Source: a virus
Lineage: Duplodnaviria > Caudoviricetes
Strand: one strand, 5' to 3'
Length of the DNA stretch: 44,268 bases
Virus record (IMG/VR): IMGVR_UViG_3300031965_000061
Location: 1-44,268 of that record
Part shown: positions 8,942 to 15,711 of the stretch, one piece after another
Layout: every line of letters begins with the position of its first letter
Numbering within the stretch: position 1 is the first letter of the stretch
The notes under the pieces: model-generated
Told to the model about the DNA's origin: nothing
The model's database searches: none
Seen by the model: the letters and a program-made list of their open reading frames with translations, nothing else
Made by a program: the position numbers and the translations under genes

Positions 8942-9862
8942 TCAGCTCTCCTTTGTGGTGTTGAAGATCGCCTGCCAGATGCGGGCGTCGGTTGGGGTGT
9001 CGAAATACATGGGGCCGGGCACGTCGCGGTTCTTCGCCATGCAGTAGGGCGATTCCGCCGTGTAGATCGTCCGGGTGGAATTGCCCCGGGCCTTGCCGTC
9101 CTTGACTGCGATGTCGTAAGCGATGAAGAACATCTGATCGCATTCTTCTTTGAGCTGGTAACGAATGCTGGTGTTCTTCGTGTGCTGCAACCGGGGTTCG
9201 TAGCGGTCGTAATTCTCGCCAAACGGATTCTTGATTTCCGTCAGGCACTCATGGGAAATCAGGATGACATTGCGCCCCGCTCGCGTGTGCGCGCGAAGAT
9301 CCGGCAGGAGACGCATGAAAGTTTCGTACAGGTGAGTGTAACCCTTGCCGTAGCCATACCCCTCGATACTCGTGACAGGCCGGCCGTTCTCGCTGGGAAC
9401 ATTTTCCAAAGTCCAGGCCTTGGCGAGATCTTCCGCTCTGGTAATGGTGTCGATGACGATGGTCCCGACGTCCTCCCAGCAATCGGAGCGGAGTACCTCC
9501 CGAATATTTGTCCAGCCCTTGGCGAGATTCCCATCCTCCACGATCTGTTCGTAGGGGATGACTTTCGGCAGGTCGATCTTGTGCGCGCCTGGTTCCGTTT
9601 CGATGAAACATGGATTCGGCGCGAGGCCCGCGAGAGTTGACTTGCCGATTCCGCCCGGCCCATAGAGCACCACGAGTTCGGCGCGGTGGCGCTTACCGCT
9701 AAGAATTGTGAATTTCTTGCCGCTAGCTTGGCCAATCGTGTTGCTCGTTGTCTGCGGTGGCGGCGCCTGCATGGGAGCGGGCCGATTGGAAATCAGCGGC
9801 TGGGTCCGTGGCGGTGCGGTTGCGGTTGCAGTTGCGGTTGGGGGCGGCGGTTTCGGTGTCAC
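8942..9862 (-). CDS. AAA_24/Sak4-like ATPase (ssDNA-annealing recombinase)
   Basis: YGPGGIGKSTLA, TIVIDTIT, GYGKGY, NVILISH, AKNR. Confidence 0.85.
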   Translation of the reverse strand: MTPKPPPPTATATATAPPRTQPLISNRPAPMQAPPPQTTSNTIGQASGKKFTILSGKRHRAELVVLYGPGGIGKSTLAGLAPNPCFIETEPGAHKIDLPKVIPYEQIVEDGNLAKGWTNIREVLRSDCWEDVGTIVIDTITRAEDLAKAWTLENVPSENGRPVTSIEGYGYGKGYTHLYETFMRLLPDLRAHTRAGRNVILISHECLTEIKNPFGENYDRYEPRLQHTKNTSIRYQLKEECDQMFFIAYDIAVKDGKARGNSTRTIYTAESPYCMAKNRDVPGPMYFDTPTDARIWQAIFNTTKES

Positions 9863-10962
9863 AGTTCATCTCCTTCCGACAATTCAGGATGCACATCGTC
9901 AACAAACTCGAATCCCTCCGGTGCGGCTTCCGCCCGCGAGGGCTTGATGCCTTGGCAGCACAAATCGAAATACGGGCACTTGAACGGCGAGAGGCACGCC
10001 TGAGTGTTCCGCGGCCAGCGGTTGAAGTGCCGCGCCTGCTGAATCGTCTTCTGCGTGTCCCACAACTCTTGGCGGTACTCGTCCAGGTCGCTCTCGAGAC
10101 GGGCGATCTCCATCCGCTGAAAGTAGAACTCCGGTCTGTTTTGAATGTCGTCGTGCAGGCGAGCGGCGTACTCCTCTGGCGACTCGACCCGTGTCACAAG
10201 CGACCACCCCTTGGCCTTGTCGGCCGACTGCCTCGAGGTGCCGTTCTGATTGAGAACGCGGGCGCCTGTTGTCTCCTCGATGACGATCTTGCAGCCCTCT
10301 TCATCTACTTCGGGGATCTGCCGCGGCTGAATCCCGGGCTTCCGGATCGCATCGTACAGCGTCGTTTCGACCGGGTAATTCTCCTCGTGGGCGGCAATGG
10401 TGTAGTGGCTCACTTGCTGATCCATCCGCAGGCGGCGCCAATAGTCCGAGTTGGGGTTGATGTCCTGTGACGTGGTTTTGTGCTCAACCAGGGCCATTCG
10501 GCCGTCTTGCAATTTCGCGATCTTGTCCACCTTGCCGGCAGCCTGCCACACCAGCGAAATGCCAGTGGTGCCAGGGTTCCGGATCTTGTGGCGGAAAGTA
10601 AATTCCGTTTGCACGAGTTCGAGCGGCTCCTCCTGATAAAACCAGCAGTAGCCATTGAGCAGTGTGGCGACGGTATAGGCTTCCACCATCCACTCGTGCT
10701 CGCTCAGATACTCTGGCTGAGCCGCGTCACGGTACATCTGGAGTACTGCACGGTAAATGTCTTCTGCCGGAACACCTTGCGCCCTCTGATCAAGCCCCCA
10801 ATGAAACACTTTTCCAAATCGAAGGGGCCGCGTGGTGTCCTTGGGGCGGAGGCCCAGCTCGTAAGAATAGAAATGCTTGCGGGGGCAGGTGCGGAACGCC
10901 TGCATGCGGGAATGAGTGAGGAGATTGGAGAGCGAGGCAGTCGTGGCGGCTTCGGCGGTCAT
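9859..10962 (-). CDS. PD-(D/E)XK Cas4/AddB-like exonuclease
   Basis: Start re-called at MTAEAAT; SRMQAFRTCPRK, GKVFH, GKVDK...VEHKT, QVSHY, C-terminal CLSPFKCPYFDLC. Confidence 0.85.
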   Translation of the reverse strand: MTAEAATTASLSNLLTHSRMQAFRTCPRKHFYSYELGLRPKDTTRPLRFGKVFHWGLDQRAQGVPAEDIYRAVLQMYRDAAQPEYLSEHEWMVEAYTVATLLNGYCWFYQEEPLELVQTEFTFRHKIRNPGTTGISLVWQAAGKVDKIAKLQDGRMALVEHKTTSQDINPNSDYWRRLRMDQQVSHYTIAAHEENYPVETTLYDAIRKPGIQPRQIPEVDEEGCKIVIEETTGARVLNQNGTSRQSADKAKGWSLVTRVESPEEYAARLHDDIQNRPEFYFQRMEIARLESDLDEYRQELWDTQKTIQQARHFNRWPRNTQACLSPFKCPYFDLCCQGIKPSRAEAAPEGFEFVDDVHPELSEGDEL

Positions 10963-11387
10963 GTCTCGGACACCTCGGGCGCGGGGATGCGGTTGCCGTC
11001 GGCGTCGTAGTAGTAGGATTGTTTCTGCGAAGCAATCTCGCGGATTTCTTTCTCGGCCTGCCGCAAAGTCAGCGTTGTGCAAACCAGCCCATCCTCTTGC
11101 AGGTCTTTCGCGGCCCAAGTATTCTTTCCAACATATGCGATCTTGTACCGCGCCACCGGCTTCTGAACCGTTGCATTTTCTGCAACAGTTGGCGCCTCGC
11201 GCTCCTCCTCCTCCTCATCTAGTGCCGCCGCAGCGCGCGACTCGATCGCGGCGAGCACTCCATCTATGATCAGCCGTTCGGTTTTCATCGGCCAACACGG
11301 CCATTCTTCCAATCCGCGTTGCATGCGCCAAGCATCAAGCGCCAATAGCGCCTTCCTCATCTGCTCAAACTGCTCGTCGCGAGTCAT
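10959..11387 (-). CDS. Hypothetical protein
   Basis: Coupled ORF with GAGGAG RBS; begins MTRDEQFE. Confidence 0.6.
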   Translation of the reverse strand: MTRDEQFEQMRKALLALDAWRMQRGLEEWPCWPMKTERLIIDGVLAAIESRAAAALDEEEEEREAPTVAENATVQKPVARYKIAYVGKNTWAAKDLQEDGLVCTTLTLRQAEKEIREIASQKQSYYYDADGNRIPAPEVSET

Positions 11388-11914
11388 GTTCTCACTCCTC
11401 TATTATCAAGTGGATTCACCTCTGCCCATCGGTTTACATTGATGGGAGCGCGCAGGCTCTCCCATTCCTTGAGTTCTTCGGTTGTTGGGGGCTCCCATTT
11501 TATCGACATATCGGCAATGATCGGAGCAATCTCAGCGTCATTCTCCACCTCGGCGCGCTGGAGACACACGTCCGGCGGAGTATCGACCACCACAAAAAGC
11601 CTATCCCACATGGGGTTGGCCCAACGATCACGCCGCTTTTGTGTTCCATTTGTCGCATCAAGGATCACCGTCCTGTGATGAGCCAAGAAGAGCGCCTTGA
11701 CCATGTATTCGGCTATTGCCCACACTATCGGCTCGGCATCGGGGACAAACCTTTGCCCATGTAATGCGAGACGGATGGCGTCTGGGCAGACAATGGGGTA
11801 GCCCTTTTGCAAAGCCCACGTCGTTTTTCCCGACCTCGGCAAACCGCACATCATTATCAGGATGCCTTTGTACGGCGGCTCTGGCATCGCCTCAAACTGC
11901 TCGTCGCGAGTCAT
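11384..11914 (-). CDS. AAA_33-family P-loop kinase (polynucleotide-kinase-like)
   Basis: MCGLPRSGKTTWA, PDAIR, VILDATN, VCLQR. Confidence 0.85.
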   Translation of the reverse strand: MTRDEQFEAMPEPPYKGILIMMCGLPRSGKTTWALQKGYPIVCPDAIRLALHGQRFVPDAEPIVWAIAEYMVKALFLAHHRTVILDATNGTQKRRDRWANPMWDRLFVVVDTPPDVCLQRAEVENDAEIAPIIADMSIKWEPPTTEELKEWESLRAPINVNRWAEVNPLDNRGVRT

Positions 11915-11915
11915 G

Positions 11916-12020
11916 TCAGAATCCTTTCGCCTTCCGAAATTTCTTCTTCAACCGTGCCACAACGCTTGCCGCGGCAAAAATTCCAAACGCCCAGCTGAAC
12001 AACGATCCTGGATCAATCAT
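11916..12020 (-). CDS. Small membrane peptide
   Basis: MIDPGSLFSWAFGIFAAASVVARLKKKFRKAKGF; GGAGG RBS; hydrophobic stretch plus basic tail. Confidence 0.5.
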   Translation of the reverse strand: MIDPGSLFSWAFGIFAAASVVARLKKKFRKAKGF

Positions 12021-12021
12021 G

Positions 12022-12225
12022 TCAGCAAACCTCCGAATCGAAATTGGGGACGGACTTGCGCTCCCCCGCCGGCACCAGCACGCGATAACGTGAGCGGCAT
12101 GAGGAGACCGTGCGCCCCCCCAACCGCTGGGAGATGACCTCCCAGTTGAGTCCCTCATCGACCATCGCGAGAAGGCGGTCATCCTCGTAGCTGCTCCAAC
12201 TGCGGTTGAGTCCTCTCGAAATCAT
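12022..12225 (-). CDS. Myb/SANT-like DNA-binding domain protein
   Basis: WSSYEDDRLL...GLNWEVISQRLGGRTVSSCRSRY matches the Myb repeat pattern. Confidence 0.8.
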   Translation of the reverse strand: MISRGLNRSWSSYEDDRLLAMVDEGLNWEVISQRLGGRTVSSCRSRYRVLVPAGERKSVPNFDSEVC

Positions 12226-12319
12226 GGTGGCGGCCTTCTGGGGAGAGTTGCCGGTTCCGGGGCTTCCCCTGCACCGGCGGGCAGGGCAGGGTGGATGGTT
12301 CCGAGCGAAATCGCTCTGG

Positions 12320-12670
12320 TTAGCGAGCGCCCGGTACGCTGTCGGATTGACTGTCGGCGAGTCCCTCGGCGGACCAGATCGCCTCGACCTGGGCGCGGAG
12401 GACAGCGTCCTTGGCCATCAGCCGTTGGAGAGCGCCGATGATGCGCCCCAGCGTGTGCAGGTACGGATTCCCCTCGCGAGAGATCGCCCGACGGATGGTC
12501 GCCAAGCTGACGGAGTGTTTAGGCTGCTCCGCCGTCTCCTCGGCGATCCGATGGTCCAGCCCGCGGACCCGAAGGCAGGCGGCTATGACACGCTCCAGAT
12601 CCCGGTTGATGGGCGATTCCGGGTTGACATCGTTCCCCCCGAAATCGGAAGAAGTTGAGTTTTTTGTCAA
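12320..12670 (-). CDS. Cro/CI-type HTH transcriptional regulator (start uncertain)
   Basis: VSLATIRRAISREGNPYLHTLGRI; first gene of the leftward arm. Confidence 0.6.
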   Translation of the reverse strand: MTKNSTSSDFGGNDVNPESPINRDLERVIAACLRVRGLDHRIAEETAEQPKHSVSLATIRRAISREGNPYLHTLGRIIGALQRLMAKDAVLRAQVEAIWSAEGLADSQSDSVPGAR

Positions 12671-12817
12671 ATGTGCATTATCTACACTGCTCACTTTGCA
12701 TCCCGCCCTTGCTGGATTCTCGCCTGATTTCCACAGGCGATGATCAGATTCCCTACACGGGGCCTTTTCACCGGCGCAAGAAAAAAGTGACAGCTCTGAG
12801 CAAAAAAGAAACAGGCT

Positions 12818-12859
12818 TGTGTAAGCCCTGTGAAAAGCCTGTGGATAACCTGTGTAGAA
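12818..12859. promoter_or_regulatory. Array of four DnaA-box-like 9-mers at 11-bp spacing, one perfect
   Basis: TGTGTAAGC 12818, TGTGAAAAG 12829, TGTGGATAA 12840 (reverse complement TTATCCACA), TGTGTAGAA 12851. Confidence 0.6.
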
Positions 12860-12993
12860 TTCGCATACACGCGACAGTGGCAAAGTGCGCCATGCCAACA
12901 CTTTGTGCCTTGCTTTTTCTCCTCGCTTGCGGTGCCAGAATGTTGCCGGTGAAGGCGATCGGCGCCATGCTTTTCGATCCGGAGAAAGAGCCT

Positions 12994-13311
12994 ATGACAC
13001 GCGAAAGTGGACCTTCCACCGCCCTGGTGCTCGCCGCCGTCGAGCATGTGCTCATCTCGCGGCGGGCCTCCCTATGGTCGCTTCAGGTCCAGTTTCGCCT
13101 CGACCTCGGCACGGCCGGCCGGGTGATGGACAGGCTCGAGTACCTCGGCATCATCGGGCCGTTCCTGCGATCCGATGCGCGCCAGGTGCTTGTACCCGAG
13201 GCGGACGCACTGGAGATCCTACTGCAGATTGGTCGCTGGCGGGCGGCACGGGAAAAAAATGCGACGGCACACGCCAATTTGGATATTTTCACGATTCGGG
13301 CTAGTTTGTAA
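12994..13311 (+). CDS. Stand-alone FtsK gamma (winged-helix) domain protein
   Basis: AVEHVLISRRASLWSLQVQFRLDLGTAGRVMDRLEYLGIIGP...ARQVLV aligns by eye with the FtsK-gamma pattern; GGAG RBS. Confidence 0.8.
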   Translation: MTRESGPSTALVLAAVEHVLISRRASLWSLQVQFRLDLGTAGRVMDRLEYLGIIGPFLRSDARQVLVPEADALEILLQIGRWRAAREKNATAHANLDIFTIRASL

Positions 13312-13411
13312 CTCCAACAATATCAATGATCCATGATACACATGACCAGCTGGCCAGGCACGCTATTCCCACAGCACCTGCCAAGTCCAGTAGTATCAAT
13401 GCTGTACCATA

Positions 13412-13440
13412 TTTGCCTCAGGCTAATCTCAAGGTATAAT
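13412..13440 (+). promoter_or_regulatory. Sigma70-like promoter
   Basis: TTTGCC or TTGCCT -35 and perfect TATAAT -10 with 16-17 bp spacer. Confidence 0.55.
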
Positions 13441-13506
13441 CAGTCGCCTGGCGTCGAGATCGGCCAACCTAGGGCATCCTACGCGGTTTTTTAGGAGGCG
13501 CCAGAG

Positions 13507-13521
13507 TCCGAATTATTCGGA
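13507..13521. promoter_or_regulatory. Perfect palindrome, possible operator
   Basis: TCCGAAT-T-ATTCGGA between two predicted promoters. Confidence 0.4.
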
Positions 13522-13583
13522 ATCCTAAGCAAAGGAGCTGGCGGGCTATGACAAAAGAAATTGGCGCCAGCCGTCGATTTCTC

Positions 13584-13611
13584 TTGCATCCCGGCGGGGG
13601 TGTGGTAGGCT
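13584..13611 (+). promoter_or_regulatory. Sigma70-like promoter with extended -10
   Basis: TTGCAT-N16-TAGGCT with TG immediately upstream of the -10. Confidence 0.45.
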
Positions 13612-13661
13612 GTAACCAGATTCGAGGGCATGGCCCTCAGACCCAAATAGGAGACAGACCG

Positions 13662-14093
13662 ATGACCTACACCGCTGCCGATGCCGTGGAAATCGCCGAG
13701 ACCAGCGGAGTGTTCGATCCCGATGTTGATTGTGCCCGCCTAAGCCGCGCCCCGGCGCAACCCCTGACGGAAAGGAGCAGAGCAATGGCTACCAAAACCG
13801 CAGCAACCGAGCCTGGCATTCGCGCAATTGTATGCCCGCGCGGATTTGCAAACGAGTACAGCGAGTACCTGCTGCGCATCAGCGATGATGCACACATGGC
13901 GCAGCTCCAGAGCTGGCGCGAGCGCGATGCAAGCGATCCGGATTTTACTCTGCGCGAGGAGGCGATCAACCGCTCGCTAGCCCGCGACAATCAGGATGCC
14001 ATGATAGAGCAGGCTTGCCACTGGCAGGAGTTTGAGAATGCTGATGATATGGCCGCGATGGCCGCCAATGCGCGCAAGCATCTCCCCGCCTGA
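13662..14093 (+). CDS. Hypothetical early protein; second in-frame start at 13785
   Basis: ATG 13662 with AGGAG RBS and in-frame ATG 13785 with AAGGAG RBS. Confidence 0.6.
   Translation: MTYTAADAVEIAETSGVFDPDVDCARLSRAPAQPLTERSRAMATKTAATEPGIRAIVCPRGFANEYSEYLLRISDDAHMAQLQSWRERDASDPDFTLREEAINRSLARDNQDAMIEQACHWQEFENADDMAAMAANARKHLPA
13753..13780 (+). repeat. Copy 1 of conserved pre-gene motif
   Basis: CGGCGCAACCCCTGACGGAAAGGAGCAG. Confidence 0.75.
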
Positions 14094-14154
14094 CGCATCG
14101 CCTCGTGGGGCGGGTTGGCGCTCGCCCCTCGCACGATGGGCCAGACTGATAACC

Positions 14155-14184
14155 GCGCTCGGCGCAACCACTGACCGGAAACGA
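14155..14184 (+). repeat. Copy 2 of conserved pre-gene motif
   Basis: GCGCTCGGCGCAACCACTGACCGGAAACGA. Confidence 0.85.
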
Positions 14185-14192
14185 GCAGACCG

Positions 14193-14846
14193 ATGAACGC
14201 ATATACCGAAACGCACCCCCGGCGCTACACCGTGGACGAGATCATAGCGGCCAAGCCATGCGGCAAGTACACCCCATCCCGCGTTGGCGAGATCGTGGGC
14301 GACGGGCTGACCGCCCGAGAGATCGCCGCGCTGGACAACCTGCCCGACGCGGACCGCCTGTGGTGCTTGATCCATGTGTGTATGGACGACCGCCAGCGGC
14401 GGTATTTTGCCTGCGACTGCGCAGAGCGGGCGCTAGCGCTACTGGACAATCCCGACCCGCGCAGCGTGGAGGCGGTTGCTGTGACACGGCGCTTTGCTGA
14501 CGGGCTGGCGACTGATGAGGAGTTGAACGCCGCACGGGCCGCCGCACATGCCGCCGTACGGGACGCCGCACGGGACGCCGCACGGGACGCCGCACGGGAC
14601 GCCGCATGGGTCGCCGCACGGGCCGCCGCACGGGCCGCCGCACGGGCCGCCGCACGGGCCGCCGCACGGGACGCCGCACGGGACGCCGCATGGGTCGCCG
14701 CATGGGACGCCGCACGGGACGCCGCATGGGACGCCGTACGGGACGCCGCACAGGACGCCGCATGGGACGCCGCGAGAGAGTGGCAACTCGGCCGCGCCGC
14801 CGAGATCATCGAGACCGCCGAGGCCGGGAAGGAGGACGCGAAATGA
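14193..14846 (+). CDS. Imm5-like protein with AA(R/W)(D/A) tetrapeptide repeats
   Basis: FACDCAERAL...DPRSVEAVAVTRRFADG...EELNAARAAA followed by about 20 repeats. Confidence 0.75.
   Translation: MNAYTETHPRRYTVDEIIAAKPCGKYTPSRVGEIVGDGLTAREIAALDNLPDADRLWCLIHVCMDDRQRRYFACDCAERALALLDNPDPRSVEAVAVTRRFADGLATDEELNAARAAAHAAVRDAARDAARDAARDAAWVAARAAARAAARAAARAAARDAARDAAWVAAWDAARDAAWDAVRDAAQDAAWDAAREWQLGRAAEIIETAEAGKEDAK
14529..14768 (+). repeat. 12-bp tandem repeat, about 20 copies (consensus GCCGCACGGGAC)
   Basis: Seen directly in the sequence. Confidence 0.95.
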
Positions 14847-15148
14847 GCGAGCAACAATACGCCAATCTACATCCCATAATTGCGGCAATGGTCGCAGGCA
14901 AGACGGTCAGAGATCGCGCGGAAGTTTTCCCGCGCCGCCTGCCGAAACCAGGCGCGACCGTGACAAGCTATGCCACGGTTCGCGTGCAGCTGAAAGATCG
15001 CCCTGGTGCGCGTGTGCGCGAGGTTTTTACATTTGTGACTCTGTCAAATCTTTGGGTGGTTTTGCCTGGCGGAAGGGTCGAAGCGCGAGTGGACCCGCGC
15101 ACACCGGAGGGCCGCGAAGTACTCGATAGGTACAGGATTGTGGACTGA
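14843..15148 (+). CDS. Hypothetical protein
   Basis: ATGA-coupled start MSEQQYANL with GGAGG RBS. Confidence 0.65.
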   Translation: MSEQQYANLHPIIAAMVAGKTVRDRAEVFPRRLPKPGATVTSYATVRVQLKDRPGARVREVFTFVTLSNLWVVLPGGRVEARVDPRTPEGREVLDRYRIVD

Positions 15149-15150
15149 CT

Positions 15151-15207
15151 GCGCTCGGCGCAACCCCTGACCGGAAACGACGGAAACGACAGAAACGACA
15201 GAAACGA
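15151..15207 (+). repeat. Copy 3 of pre-gene motif with its 3' end amplified as a 9-bp tandem repeat x4
   Basis: GCGCTCGGCGCAACCCCTGACCGGAAACGA, with C(G/A)GAAACGA x4 at 15172-15207. Confidence 0.85.
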
Positions 15208-15208
15208 C

Positions 15209-15412
15209 ATGCCCACTCCCATGATCCCACTCTCTCAGCTCGCCCGCCAATCCGGCGTCTCACTCCGCTCCCTGCAGCGCCGATGCGCACGAGGGCAGAT
15301 CCCGAATGCTATCAAGCAGGGGCGGGACTGGTTTGTGCCCGCGGGCACGAAGGTCAAGCCACTAAAGCGGGGGCGGCCATCTCTTTCACAAGGACACGCC
15401 AATGCAATCTGA
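15209..15412 (+). CDS. Excisionase/MerR-like HTH DNA-binding protein with AT-hook-like tail
   Basis: LSQLARQSGVSLRSLQRRCARGQIPNAIKQGRDWFV; KRGRPS. Confidence 0.75.
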   Translation: MPTPMIPLSQLARQSGVSLRSLQRRCARGQIPNAIKQGRDWFVPAGTKVKPLKRGRPSLSQGHANAI

Positions 15413-15710
15413 ATGGAAAGAATTATGTCCATATCCAGAGGGATCATCTGAGCGGTTGGATTTTTCCCTGGCACCGCCACATCTGCAAAAGGCCGCAATC
15501 GACTATTACCGGTATCTAACTTATATCGATGGAATAGGCAGAATTACCTTCTCTGAGGCCGAATTCCTCGGCCACGGTTGGATACGATTGAATGGCATCG
15601 ATGAAGATGATCAAGAGCCACCATTCCCCCTTGCGAAATGGGGAGGATTGGGTCGAGGAATCGATGCCAGAATAGATTCGATCAAATGGATAATCGACGC
15701 AGATTCCTGA
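15402..15710 (+). CDS. Hypothetical protein (lower GC)
   Basis: Overlaps the upstream stop; converges on the late operon. Confidence 0.6.
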   Translation: MQSEWKELCPYPEGSSERLDFSLAPPHLQKAAIDYYRYLTYIDGIGRITFSEAEFLGHGWIRLNGIDEDDQEPPFPLAKWGGLGRGIDARIDSIKWIIDADS

Positions 15711-15711
15711 G

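Noticed and set aside
9815-9850. GCGGTT hexamer repeats
   Set aside because: Low-complexity Pro/Thr/Ala linker at the N-terminus of the Sak4-like ATPase
12661-12688. dif-like site AGTGTAGATAA-TGCACA-TTTGACAAAAA (minus strand) near the FtsK-gamma gene
   Set aside because: The left arm matches E. coli dif at 7/11, but the normally best-conserved XerD arm matches at only 5/11. It is equally explained by promoter elements (TTGACA, GATAAT), and is worth revisiting only once the host dif is known.
14529-14768. Diversity-generating retroelement variable region
   Set aside because: No reverse transcriptase or template repeat is seen, and the variation is not adenine-specific
14225-15129. Repeat-rich ORFs in other frames (RRPV, GVPC, PHGT, GRRT repeats)
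   Set aside because: Alternative translations of the 12-bp minisatellite
13753-15207. CRISPR mini-array interpretation of the ~30-bp repeats
   Set aside because: Copies are 400-1000 bp apart and separated by genes, not by spacer-length sequences; the Cas4-like nuclease belongs to the recombination module
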